A stretch of 64,000 nucleotides of DNA. Source: Styela clava (taxonomy: Eukaryota). The notes below the pieces were generated by a model, which was not told where the DNA came from, did no database searches, and was given only the letters and a program-made list of their open reading frames with translations. Where the stretch lies: positions 11,346,001-11,410,000 of the forward strand of contig NC_135262.1 in the NCBI RefSeq assembly GCF_964204865.1. Direction: 5' to 3'. The number at the start of each line of letters is the position of its first letter. Positions within the stretch are counted from its first letter, which is position 1. Positions 1 through 13,460 of this stretch are shown here, piece after piece. Made by a program: the position numbers and the translations under genes.

Positions 1-354
1 GAATGATAATCACCTTATTAAAATTTTGTTTTTGGAATCCATGATGATATAATTTGAAACTAGGCTATATTAAATACTTTTAATTTTAAATTCTCTATAT
101 TTTGTTCTGGGAAAAAATTAAATTTGTTTTTATCAGCGCACTTCAAACATACAGAGTGATCCTTAAAAACAGAACCCATTATAAATGTCTTAATTACTTT
201 AGAGAATTTATTTACCACTTGCATTTTTGTTTGTGTGTAACTGTCTCCAAAAGTTTCTGTAATCTAGGATGCGTTGCACAAAAGTTTCATTCTTTCGTTA
301 TACCCTGTATTATAAATATTTCCTCCTTTTTTTTTTATATATAAGGTATATTAT

Positions 355-964
355 ATATCGACGCATGAAATCCAAATTGGGCTAAGTCCATTTTTCTAGT
401 TTTGAGAAAAACGCAAAAAACGTTTTTTTTTTGTTTCTTTTTTTTATTTCTCTAATACCTTACATCGAGGATGTCTAGTTTTTATGGTCCACCAAAGTGA
501 CAATGAAGGCCATATTTAGATGGTATAAAAAAATTTGTGCTCCGCCCCAATTTTTTTTGGGGATGGTTTTTTTGGACTTAACCCTTTTTGACTCTCAATT
601 TCCTGGACCAGAAACAATTTTATTGGACTTAGGGCCTCTTTATTATGTTATTTTAGAGGCTGGTATGGACTTAGCGCTTTGTATTATATTTTTTGAGAGG
701 AGCTATGTCCAAAAAACGGACTTAGCCCCAACTTACAATGCAGTTATCCAGAGCTAAGTCCACTATAGTAGACACAGCTCTGTTTAGTTCTCAAATGCCC
801 TAAAAAAAGCAGGGTTATGTCCATAGCTGTCTTGAGATCTAGAGCACCTAGAGATAAGGCAAATAGACCAAAATGTAGAGCTAAGTCCAGGAAAATCAGC
901 AATTGAAAAATGTCATTTTTTGGAAAAGTGGACTTAGCACTGTTTGGTTTTGAGGTGTCGATAT
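355..964. mobile_element. Non-autonomous TIR element (MITE), ~0.6 kb
   Basis: Imperfect ~40-bp terminal inverted repeats (atatcgacgcatgaaatccaaattgggctaagtcca ... tggacttagcactgtttggttttgaggtgtcgatat) and many internal ggacttag/ctaagtcc motifs. Superfamily not assigned. Confidence 0.7.
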
Positions 965-1028
965 ACTTGTACTTGATTTTCTGACAAAATAAGTCAATTT
1001 TATCCTCTCTTTAAAATTTTAAGTTGCC

Positions 1029-4000
1029 ATGGAGGAGCCGAGTCAATCTGCATCATCGCAACTCTGCCGGAATGGATGTGGTTTTTATGGAAGTGCACAA
1101 ACGGAAGGCATGTGCTCAAAATGTTATAAAGAAAATGTACAAGAGAAAAGTAACTCAGGAAGAAAATCACCATCTGGTAAGTGAAAAAAGTTGATCAACA
1201 TTATATTCTATTTTACACAGCTTATGAGACAATGCTTACTCTTGATGAGTATTTTATAACAGTTGCACAAAACTATAGTTTTTGATTGCTTGAAGTTTTT
1301 CATGTTTTTTTTTAATTAATGATATATATATATAAATATGATAAATGCTCCCATATTAAAAATAATACTTTTTTCCTAACAATATCATCGTTCTCCCAAT
1401 CATTCAATTTTTTGTTTGAATTTTATACGATATACGGCCGAGATTACGAAATTTCAGACTAATAAATTTACTCCTCTACCACATTTATCTTGTTGCTGTA
1501 ATATAAACAATACATCTATAGTTATTTATGGCGACAAATCTTCTATTTTTGATATCACGTTGTATAACTCCAACAATCCTATGTAAATATTATATTGGTT
1601 TTATTAAATGTGAAACGTAAGGTCCATACTAAATGTGGAATTCACTGTATCAATAATAATATATCGATATTGAAATTTTAAAACGAATCTCCATGAAAAA
1701 CTGCATAATCTAGATATGGCCCTAGATACATGGTAGTTCTGTTATTAACTCATTAGTCCTATGTAGCCTACTTGGAAAATACTTATTTTTTCAGCTATCG
1801 TTTTTTTAAAGAAAAAATTGATTTTGTTTTCAGCGCATTCTATTGTTTCATCTGTAAAGAACGATATTTCACCTTCAAATAAGTAAGTTTGCTTACCTAT
1901 TTTTGCAATATTCATTTCATATTGAGAATACAAATGGGAGTTTAAACTACCAGACACAGTCAAATTAATTTACCAGGCCTATTAGAAATATATTATAATT
2001 TAATATTACACTATATTTCTTCATGTATAATACACACTTTTGAGGTCAAATTTTGTCTTCATGAAATGTGGGTTTATTATGTATTGACATAGAAAATATC
2101 AAAAAAATATTAATGCGTAACTGGCTAATTATTCTCTTATAATCAAGTCTTTTAATTTCATTTGGCAAAGTCTGTTAGAATCAGATCATGCCTGTTTTGG
2201 TAAAAGCATGCCCAGTCCAATAAAGATTTAGTGTTAATGAAGGTAGCATGAGTCCTAAACAATTCTTTAACTCTAGCGTCGAAAAAAAACACTGAAATAA
2301 AAGTGATAATATATGTAAAAGTGGAAGACGTTTGCTAAAATGTGTAGTATGTAAGGAGAAATATGGTCCTTCAAAACTACGAAAGAATGATGTATTTTTA
2401 GCGAGTGAATGCATCATGTTCGAATCAGAAATTTTGACAAATGTGCACAAATTATTTATATTTTGGATTTGATAAACAAAATAGATAAGTTTTCGGTATT
2501 CAAATATATTTGATTATTTTCAAATTCAAATAAGTCTATGCATATTTGTCAATTGTAGTATATAATAATTTTTCCTGATTAGCGAGACAGCTGTGCTATT
2601 ATTTGATGAATAGGTTTTATGCATTGTTAAAGGAACACTCAGTGTTATTGTTATTTCCAGCGGAAAATTAGCACCTGTTATTTTCTGCCAGTTTGAGATC
2701 TCGGTTTTACCTTGTCGGCAAATCAGAATAAATTAGGTTTCATAATCGTGAATATAGTTTCTGACCTGATTGTTAATTAAGTCTGAAATTAATGTCGAAA
2801 TAGAAGAATTAAGCTTTAGGACAAGAATATTTAGAATAATTTTTTCATCCAAGAATTTGAAGTTGTTAGGAAGGGATGTTCAAAACGAATCGAATATTTG
2901 AGTACATTTAAAATATATTATATTTGATATTCGATGTAGTAAATCTTTGAATTTAGGAATAATTTAGAACATTTTTGGGTACTCCCATAATATGTGTATC
3001 AGGCTAGGGTTAGGCCATAATTTGTTTCCTTATTTTAGTTCGGGGACTGTCTTTTTCAGCCAAGTAAATATCGACCCTGCCTATAGGTTTCAGTAGGTGA
3101 ACAAAATTAGTTACCTCCATATTGGTACACATACTTCTGGAGCGCCCATTTTTGTTCAAAAATCAAGAATTTCAAGCCATCTGACAAGCAGATCAAAACA
3201 TACAATATCTCAACTTGTAACAAACAACACAGAGAAACCAATGGCAATGACCTTTATGTTTGTGTCGTTTTTAGATAATATGATCAACATGAAGATACCT
3301 TAGTGATTTATGTAATTTTAGTGGAATAGTGAAATATTCGGTTTTGGCTATATCTTGTAGTCGCACTATAAATTCTTATTAAAATTGTTTTTTTAACGAA
3401 ATTTCAAATTTGTACTAGCATAAGCCTAGCCATAAAATACAGAACCATTTTCCAATTTTAACGTACAAGTCATGTTACATTCATTCAATTGGCAACGCCA
3501 ACAAAGCATGCAACTAATTACATACAGACCTACAGTAATCAATTGATACGTTTCTTTGTTCATTAGTGGACTGTACTGACTTGTTTTATTACTGGAAGGC
3601 ATAATTACATTATAGAATTAGGCAACAGTTCCACATGATTGTTAATAAATTCCTAGAGCCAACTGTTACGATATATCACATATCAAGATTAATATCCCGG
3701 GTATATTTTTCATATAAGATTATAATGGGCTATCTTTCAACTATTACTCAGTTATTTTCATGTTGATCTAGGTTACAAGTTACAACTATAATAAGTGGGG
3801 GATATACCGGTATATAATTAAATACAATTGAGTTTAGATTTAAAAAAAAAAACTAGATTTTCAATTGAACAAACCTTGAAAAAAATTTAGTTTTGGAACT
3901 AAACTTCTGAAGTAATATGCTTATTATTATATCAATTTAATAACCTCCCATATTGTTTCTTTTCAGTTGTAATTTGAATAAAAAAAATCTTATGGTATGT

Positions 4001-7000
4001 CCTCCCTCCTAGTGTTTAGGACTATTTCATAAAAGATTTATTGCAGTGTGGAGGTTTTACTTTTATTAACAAAAGTATGGAGTCTGATATTGCTTTTTTA
4101 TTAAAATGAAATGGGGTTATTGAATTAGTTTATTCTATTCTATCAAATTTCAAACAATAAAAACCAAGTATAATTACAGTCTGAACACTTTGAAAAAAAA
4201 GAATTTGTAAGGTTATAATATCTTAATATGAATTCATTTGTTAAATGTTTTGTCCTTTGTGTAGGGAATTATTGGCATATATGAGTTCTTATAACTTTCA
4301 TGCTGACATCTGATTATGATCAATATGTATTGCGTCATATTTCATTGAAAATATCAATATTGAATCATATCACTGATGTTAGTCATTTCAATAAGATATT
4401 GAAATGTTATATCAAGTGCAAATTTCAGTATATAAGATTTTATTCTATTGAAAAACACAATCAAGTTCAATCTCGGCTGTGGCAAGATTAACACGTTTCG
4501 GTAGTTAGTTTCTGTTATTATAAAAATTCTATTATTGTACATGCGGAAAAATAATTTTATTCAATCAATCAACTAGCGTTCAGGTGGAAACGATAGCAAT
4601 AGTTTTGAAATCCCATATATTTTTCGGAATTACAGTTTCATATGTGAATTTCCCCTGTTTAATAAGTAGAAGCTGACTCTGGCATCTCTGTTTGTAAATC
4701 AACTTATTTCTATTATATCTTGATGATCTAGAATTATTAATAAGAGGCAATAGGCCTGATTACATGTCCGCTGGAACCGGTCTAGCAGACCACATATTCA
4801 CGCTTCAGTGGTTTGTCTGCGATTCAAATCCGTGCTATCGGTCCAGAACATCAGACCTCCTATTTAGGAGGTCTGAAACTGAACTAACCGGTCTTGCTCA
4901 GTTGCTTCGCAGTGCTACTCGAGAAATCGTGAATCACCGTGATCAAAGGAGGTACGGCAGTTGTTTTCTTTTTCATCTCTGGTAAGTGAGTTGCTTTTTT
5001 AAACTAATAAAAATTCAGCTAGATAGGGCAGGTTTATTTTAAACATCTTTCGCATCTATTGTGTCGCTGTTGAACACAAATTTGAAATACCGGTACTGGT
5101 GGGATCCCGGTGCGGCATATTGGCATGATAGGTTGTTGTTTTGAAACTAAGAATTAACTCTTGATGTTCAAAGATTTATTGGTATAAACTGAGCGCAGTA
5201 CGACTTCAGTTTGCATTGAGAATTGTTTTGGAATTGCACCATACAGCCATACCGCATCCTAGCTGGTACCGGTACCAGCATAAATACAAAGCTTCAGTGT
5301 CGGTAATGTCGCAGTGGTAGGACGATATTAAATAATAAAAATGCTTCTGTTTACTTACATATGATGAGCCCATTTTACACAAGTGTTTGGTTGATAAAAT
5401 GTAATTGTTTTAATTTGGTTGCCAGTCTGCCAGTAGACTACTGGTAACTGTAGGCCAGGCCTGCACAACATACGGCCCGCGGGCCGCATGCGGCCCGCTA
5501 GATACTTCTGTGCAGCCCGCGGGTGAATTGGAAACACGCCACTTCTCGGGTCTAACAATCAAAGCCGGCATTGTTATGCAAGTGCGCCGCTACCCCGATC
5601 ATATCCGAAATCGTGAGATTTATGTTTTGCACTAGTTTCAATAAATAATAAACTTTGTGTGAAATTGGTGTGCCCAGCGCGACCCCTAAAATTCGTCGCT
5701 TGCCCCCCAGTTTGGGAAACCCTGATTTAGATATCTCAGTATTCAGACAGAATCACGCTTAAATATCAGTATACAATCTCAGAGCATATTAGCAACCTAT
5801 TAATAACCCCATTATTTTTTACTACCAGTTTACGAAACTGAAGTTTCTTTTTTGTGGCAAAGTTTGCGGCCCGCCGGGCCTTCAGATTTATGCTTGCGGC
5901 CCTCGTGGTAATTTGAGTTGTGCAGGCCTGCTGTAGGCCTACTGTGATGAATGGATCGTGTGGCGTAAGGTGCCAGTAGTCTGCAGCGTTGAACGCTGGA
6001 TGGTCGGCCAAAACGATCTAAATCGTCTAATTTTTATGCCCCCAATAAATCTGTCGTTTTGTTCTTAGATTGTGGTCAAATTTTAACGGGAAAGCAACCC
6101 CTCATCATATTCTGCAAATAACCTCAAAGAACTTATTAAATCAAGAAAGTGCATTTAATTTTGATACTTTAATTAATGATAATTCGACTAAAAAAGGGCC
6201 TTCCGGAAGGCCTTTTGTCGAATTATCATTAACATTTGTATTGAATTTATGAATTTATTATAAATAAAATATATAAATGCAGTGTTTGCAAATCATGACT
6301 TATTTGATTTAATCCGGCAACTCTAAAACTGTTCAGCTTGTTGGTTTGGACATGTAATCGAGGGCGCTAAGTAGTCTCCGAGACCACTTTGACCGAACCG
6401 GTTCGCTGGACTGGTTTTGATGGACATGTAATCAGGCCTAATGTAGGCTATGAAATAAATAGTCTCTTTCAGTAGGACCTTATGTTGTGTTGCCACACTC
6501 CTGTTTCCAATGATTGTCGACTTCCTTGATTTTTTTATTTTGAGTTTCACAATAACGGTTGTAATTCAGGAAATTTTTCATCCTTTTCTCTAAACAAAAA
6601 TCATCTATAAATCTTGCTTGATAGTAGACATACTCTTGTATATCATGTATGAATTGCAAATGCTTATAGGGTATACGAAAAAAACCTGATAAATTTTCAC
6701 AGCTGCATCCAATAGGGTCTTATAACAATTTGCTATGCTACAATAATTAGAAAGGACCAAATTTTTTAGGTTCAGCATTTTCTACTCAATTTGTTACATC
6801 TTGAGTGAGTTGCAGGGATTTGAACCAAGATTTTTACCTGGTCGTCATCATAGATATGTCTAACACTCTAACTAGGACACTGCACCCATATGATGTTTCT
6901 AAACAACATTAATTGTTTAGGCTAATGCTGTTTGCTAAGGCGGCCTAGTTTATTTCTTCGTTTTGTGAATCATCATTTAGCAAGAGGGAAAGTTTGAGTT

Positions 7001-10000
7001 TATGTTGAGTTGTGCACCATTTGCCTTGTCTTGTTTCTCTCCACACTGTATTTTTTTATTCTCAGATAGTATTTTCATTAAATTTGATAATTTTTCATGA
7101 AACTCTATTTTAAGAATATGGATAGCCTAATAGAAGGTATTGTCCTACTCAAATTCAGCATTACTGTAGAAAAATCTTGATTTGCCATATTGTGATTTTT
7201 TTCACTTATTATTATTGATGTAGATATAATAATCATAATATTATTCACAAAACAATTAAAATTACAGAAATATTTATTATTTTCGTCCTGCGTTTGTCCT
7301 GCATAAAATGTATAAATTTTTTTCATCGAATAATTATTTTTTTCAGACACTCAGAAGGATCTGTTTCAAACGCAATGGCTTCTCTTGCAACTAGTGATTC
7401 CTATTCAAGTCATTGCAGGTAATATATTTATCAACAAAATTTACTGCTATGCTTGTTGTTTATCGTGTAATATAACTTTGAATATTTATCTGTGGGCTGG
7501 TATGAAATTATTGACAGGTGCCTATCTATTTTATAATCTTCCCAGTAAAATATTGCTGTCGCTTTTTCATGGAGTCTGGTCAAAATAATTTTGGTTTCGA
7601 CTCTGGGTTACGAAAGTTTCAAACTCGACTCTCGACTTTACTCTCATTTCAGCTTTGAACACTGAGAAAACAAATTTTGATAACAAAAACTTTTGTAAGC
7701 CATCTTTGTAGAGTACATGATTTTCGAGTGTCTTCGGAAAGTTCTGATTTGTTTAACACCACCGCAAGTCTGAAAACCTGACTCCACGAAAATGAAAATC
7801 TCAGCTCTTGACTATGGGAGTTTGAAAATATGACCCTGGCTTCAGTAAAAACATGAGAAACATAAGGCCTGATTACATGTCCGCTGGAACCGGTCTAGCA
7901 GACCACATATTCACGCTCCAGTGGTTCGCCTGCGATTCAAATCCGCGCTATCGGTCCAGAACACCAGACCTCCCATATAGTAGGTCTGGAAGTGAGCTGC
8001 ACCGCTCTTGCTCAGTTGCTTCGTCGTGCTACTCGAGAAATCGTGAATTACTGTGATCGAATGGGTACGGAAGTTGTTTTCTTTTTCATCTCTGGTAAGT
8101 GAGTTGCTTTTTTCGACAAATAAAAATTTAGCTAGATAGTGCAAGTTTATTTAAACCTCTTTCGCATCTATTGTGTCGCTGTTAAACACAAATTTGAAAT
8201 ACCGGTACTGGTGGGATCTCGGGGCGGCGTATTGACATGATAGGTTGTTGTTTCGAAACAGAGAATTTAATCTCAATGTCCAAAGATTTATTGGTATAAA
8301 CTGAGCGCAGTACGCCTTCTGTTGATAAACTTCTGTGTTTGCATTGAGAATATTTTTGAAATTTCACCATACAGCCATACTTCATCCTAGCTGGCACTGG
8401 TCTGCCTGTAACGTATCCTTACTGTACATAGGCTTACCGTCACAAATTCAAACTTCAGTGTTGGTAACGTCGCAGTAGTAGGGTGATATTAAATAATGAA
8501 AGTGCTTCTGTTTACATATGATGAGCCCACTTCACAAAAAGTGTTTGGTTGATAAAATGTAACTGTTTTAATTTGGTTGCCAGTAGACTACTGGTAACTG
8601 TAGGCCTACCGTAATTTTTTGAATGGATCGTGTGGCGTAAGGTGCCAGTACTCTGCAACGTTGAACGCTGAATGGTCGGCCAAAATGATCTAACTTGTCT
8701 ATCTTTTATGCCCCCGAATAATTTGTCCTTTCATTCTTAGATTATAGGCAAATTACAACGGGAAAGTAACCCCTCATCATATTCTGCAAATAACTTCAAA
8801 GAACTTCAATCAAGAACGTGCATTTAATTTTGTTACTTTAATTAGCATTTGATTTGAATTTATGAATTTATTGAAAATAAAATATATGCAATGTTTGCAA
8901 ATCATGACTTATTTGCTTTAGTCTTAAAACACTAACACTGTTCTCATCCTGTTGGTTTGGACATGTAATCGAGGGCGCTAAGTGGTCTCCGAGACTACTG
9001 TGACTTTTCCGAAACGAACCGGCTTGCTGAACTGATTTAGATGGACATGTAATCAGGCCTATAGACTCCGGAGCCTCAACTGTAATGATAAAAGTTGCAA
9101 TTTCTGTCATCTCAAAATTTTATTCGTTGTATTTTAATGTTTTACACTTATACACCAAATTCTATTGAACCATTCAAGAATAAGGCTCTAAATTTTCTAA
9201 TAGTTTTCTAGAGAAAAATGTAATACCATCTTTAATTAAATAATTGATTCTAAAATTATTCATTAATTATAACACCCTCATCTTTAATTAATTAACTTCA
9301 AATTTATTCATTAATTATAGCACCCCTGGGGCTTCATCAACTGATACAACGCAAGTTGCTACAACAAGTGTTTCACTGATGCCACCAACCTCGGATAATT
9401 CCTCAGATGTTGATTCACCTTTGATAAAAGCTGAAGGCATTTCCTCCTCCCCAGTTTCCTGCCCAGGGACGCCAGGATCCGATGAGTCACCGTCGAAGCC
9501 AAAAAAGAGTCGGTGTGCTACATGTAGAAAAAGGGTCGGCTTGACAGGTATGGTTTAGTTGTTTTCATATTTGGATAAGTTTAAAATAATTTAAAATAAT
9601 GTCATTTTGAACGTATTCTAGAAAGAACATAACTCCTGTGCTAAGCGTCCTAGATTACTAAAACTTTTGGGTCCAATCATACATAAACAGAAGATACATA
9701 AACAAAAGTGTTAATATATTTCTCCATTTATTAAAGGTGATTAGGAAATTTATGGGTTCTTTTTCATGGGTCACCCTGACGCTGTACATAGTAAAATGGG
9801 TTAAGTTATATAATGTAAAATCTTGATTTCAAGAATGGTTAATAGTCTTATTCAACAGTTCGCATCTGACACTCAGATAAAAATAATCTTTATATAGCAT
9901 TTCTGAGTGAATATGCGTGGCCTTGCTTAAAGCAAATTTCCTGAAAAAAGTTACACTTTCTGATACCATAAACATTCTAAAAACTCCTTTCTCGAACAGA

Positions 10001-10375
10001 TAAGTTTAAAAGTTAAAAAAATTTGCCCATTTCTCTTGTATGTAAAATTTGACACTGGTGTTAGTTTTGCTTTGAAATGGACAGTTGTGACTTGTGCTTG
10101 TTGGATTCACAATTCTTAAATCCTTGTGTATATATCAAAACGAATTTTATTGGGCATTCAAATTTGATTTTATTGTTTTTATCTTTTCTACTCGGTTTTC
10201 TCATACAATATTATCCTACCATTTAGGTTTCAACTGCAGATGCGGCAAAATCTTCTGTGGAATCCATCGTTACTCCGACCAACATAATTGCGATTACGAC
10301 TACCGGGCTGACGCTCAAGCCAAAATCCGAAAAGAAAACCCTGTGGTTGTTGGTGAAAAAGTCCAGAAGATCTGA
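1029..10375 (+). CDS. ZFAND5/6: AN1-type zinc finger protein 5/6 family (A20 + AN1 zinc fingers), 5 coding exons, ~214 aa
   Basis: Exons 1029-1176, 1834-1882, 7347-7418, 9321-9547, 10227-10375, all GT-AG and phase-compatible (645 nt). N-terminal A20 finger [23 protein letters not shown]; C-terminal AN1 finger [61 protein letters not shown], matching the ZFAND5/6 C-terminus. Confidence 0.95.
2981..3145. repeat. Short interspersed repeat (MITE-like); second copy at ~37945-38155
   Basis: Shared blocks gttcgg.gactgtct..tt.agccaagt.aatat..cccc.gcc.ataggtttc.gt and aaattagtt.cctccatattg. Confidence 0.6.
4752..6439. mobile_element. PIF/Harbinger-like non-autonomous element, copy 1 (ZFAND intron 2)
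   Basis: TIR AGGCCTGATTACATGTCC / GGACATGTAATCAGGCCT with 3-bp TSD AAT; highly similar to 7865-9060. Confidence 0.8.
5456..5930. mobile_element. hAT (Charlie-like) MITE nested in the Harbinger-like element
   Basis: TIR CAGGCCTGCACAAC / GTTGTGCAGGCCTG with 8-bp TSD CTGTAGGC; the empty site is present in copy 2 (~8598). Confidence 0.88.
7865..9060. mobile_element. PIF/Harbinger-like non-autonomous element, copy 2 (ZFAND intron 3)
   Basis: Same 18-bp TIRs; 3-bp TSD ATA (7862-7864 / 9061-9063). Confidence 0.8.
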
Positions 10376-13060
10376 TTGTTTTCACTCAAATCAAAAATAC
10401 TATCAACAACAAAAATTTAGAATTTAAAATTACAATACCGTAGATTTTTCAACCTCGACTACAATTTTTTTTTCTTTCCATATCTTGTTCGACGGCTCGC
10501 TTGCTCATGATTTTAATCTTGTATAAAATATTTACACTCAAATTTGATTCTTTTTGTTTATTTTAGGCCAATTCGTTTTACATTACTTTGTTTTTGGCAA
10601 CAACAAAAAAACGAATACAGGGTCCGATTTTCTTGCAATGTTGTTTGAATGATAAAAACTTTTTACGGTGGGTGCGTCATCTGACCCGACTTGACCCCGA
10701 TTTGTTGGATTTCCTTCACTTGAGTTGATGACCAATATTGCTAACGCTTCAGGAATAATTTTTAATAATTAAAAATATGCGGTCATCAGTTATACCATTT
10801 GAGTGTGTTTGTATGTAAACCACCTTTTTTCTCATTTTGTTTTCTTTTTGCATGGTCGTCTTTCTCATATATTTGTATACTACAGTAGCTTATTCTTTAT
10901 TAGAACTTGAATTAGTAAAGCAAAGCGGCCACAGGCCTCATTTTTCTTTTCTTTTTTGTGGTCTCAATACAATTTATTCAAGTATTATCGTCTATCCACG
11001 GGTCGTTAGTGTAATCTGTCGATTTTTTTTTTTATTTTATCCAAAAATTTTCCGTTTTTAATTGAATAATTTGCAGATTTTCTTCTCGTGGGCCTGTGAT
11101 TAATTGGTCATAACATACACTATTTAAATGATTAATGCATATTTTTATCAACATTATTCATAAGAACAATACTAGTATGAAGAGTAAAAAATTAAAACGG
11201 GCTCAGCTTAACTAGCGGATTGCTATGACCTAAACCCAGACATGGGAATGATATGTCCACATTAATTTTAAAATGAATTCTGCAAACTGGCCTTTTAAAA
11301 GCATTGTTGAAGATTTTTGCTGGCGGATGATTATGTCAGATGCAACTGATTGTATGATTTTTAAAGAGCAATAACTCGGTATTTCATCTGGAAAAACGCG
11401 CTTATTAAATCAATATATGTGCTGGTTTAACTGATTACTTTCAGGTAAACCTACTTGAACTGACATTGAAACGTAAACACACATGTTTGTCCTTCAACAT
11501 GGACAGTGACATAGGATTACCATCTTTGCCTCTCAGAATGGCTTGTCTTTTACTGTATAAATATCAATGTAATATACATGTAATATTATCAATTAACTCT
11601 AGAGTTGTCGCTTGCAATAGTTATTGTTCGGGCTGTCAATTCTACTGCTCTTGGTATGTTATACGGATTTAATTAGATTCAATCTAGAACGATGTTCATT
11701 CCGGAGGGATATTACCCGGAAATTCACTTTCATTTGCCAATCTGCGTGATTAGAATTTTATTTTGCTAAAAACTTTCAATTCTGCCATTAAAATCTGTTT
11801 TGACTTCACATCCAATTTATGTAAAAGTGCACTTTTGATTTGGTTTTTATTTTATTTTTCCGTAGATCCCGGATTTTGCTTTTTTGTTGTTGGTGATTGA
11901 TTTACTATTCTCTTCTTTATATTAATTCCATATTTTGATGTATCAAAAATGATTGTTTTTTCTTCTGATTTGCTCTGTAAAGTTGGCTGGGGCTCTTAGT
12001 TTATTTCAATTATACCACATAATATATCTTTTTCTCCTAATACAACGCTTCACACTATCAGCTATTTTTTAGTTTTATTCACTCCAGTTTTAGCACATTT
12101 TTCGTTTTTTTTTGCTCAATTATTGAAAATGGCAGGCACATTGATGATGATAAAAATTGCTCTCATTGCTATCCCGATTCCACTCTATACGAGACTAATT
12201 TAATCCATGAAAGGCCTGTTTGTTGACAGGTAAAATGTTTCTTTTCTATGGATAAATATCTGAAGTAATCTGTAGAACAGAAGGTTGTTTGGATTAATTT
12301 CACTGGTGATTTTAAAATTTGTATATCGGCAGCGTTTTATCATGATTCTATATGTCTTCTACTACTATGTTGTTTTGTGCTATTTATTTATTTTTCATCG
12401 ATGATACTCCGCTTTTTTGTCGTTTTTGTTCTGAAACGAGTGATCTATTTCGAGCCCGATTATTTTTGGTCTTTCTGTTTTGTGTTATCAGTGTCTAGTT
12501 TCAGATTTGATTGGATGAGGTAGTATGGGGCAGCAAATTTATATAGGATAGGATTTATTTATCCAGGGGAAGAGAAAAGCCGATAAGACTGCCCAATCAT
12601 ATTGCAAACCACATCGTCTTGCCGGTTACCAGTCTATGTTGGATATGGGATTAGTCAGCCATTTTTTTTCGGAAGCATGGACATGACCCGCTACTCTTGC
12701 GAAATTTTAGAATTTTGTGATCTATGTGCTTGCCAGAGACTGGTTTGAAAGTGTACGTAGTGCAGTGGTAGATGAATAGCAACTAGCGTCTTCAGGCTTA
12801 TGGCATTACTCTATCTGGATTATGGTTCACAATGCGCTAATTGTTATCGTAGATGTAGTCTATTTTGGAACTCTCTGGCGTTTATTCAGTTCGTGGGAGT
12901 TCAGATATTTGATGGCTATGTCCGAAGTTTGAATTTTAGATAAAGAATTAAAAGTTGGCTAAGCATTCTCAACAGGCGATTAAAGGAGGTTTGTATACGC
13001 CAAAGCTTTCGTCATAAAAATTTAGTTTTCCCTGATTCGGGATTTCCCCGGACTCCACAG

Positions 13061-13460
13061 CTCCAGTGTGGATGCTGCTATCACGCTTTTAGATATTGAT
13101 GTTTTTCGAACGGGCGAAAAATCGTTTCCATTTTGTCGGGGGGCCCGTTCAAGGAATAGGTGTTCAAAGAGAATATCGAAAGTTAGGAGATCCCCCAAAG
13201 CAGAAACTGCGGTTTCGATTCATCCGCTCTTACTACACAGCGACGTCGTATGTCCCATCACTTATTAATCAATAACTCGCTAATTATACGACATAATTCA
13301 TCCAAAATCAATAGACTCCTGGTCCGAGATAAGATGAATGTACATGCAAAATTTGGAGCAGATTCGACCTCGCTTCCGTGAGATATCGCGTAACATACGA
13401 AAGTGTCTAACAGACAAATACCTATCAACATACTTACCGATCAAGATCGATAAGTAATGA
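13061..13460 (+). repeat. Interspersed repeat with terminal hairpin (Helitron/HINE-like); partial copy at ~36920-37025
   Basis: Shared atgaatg.acatgcaaaatttggagcagattcgacctcg.tt.cgtgagatatcgcgt...ctaacagacaaa; ends in acttaccgatc-aa-gatcgataagt. Family assignment is tentative. Confidence 0.5.

Noticed and set aside
1000-1028. Acceptor 5 nt upstream of the ZFAND ATG as a spliced-leader trans-splice site
   Set aside because: It cannot be distinguished from an ordinary 5'-UTR intron whose donor lies upstream of the window.
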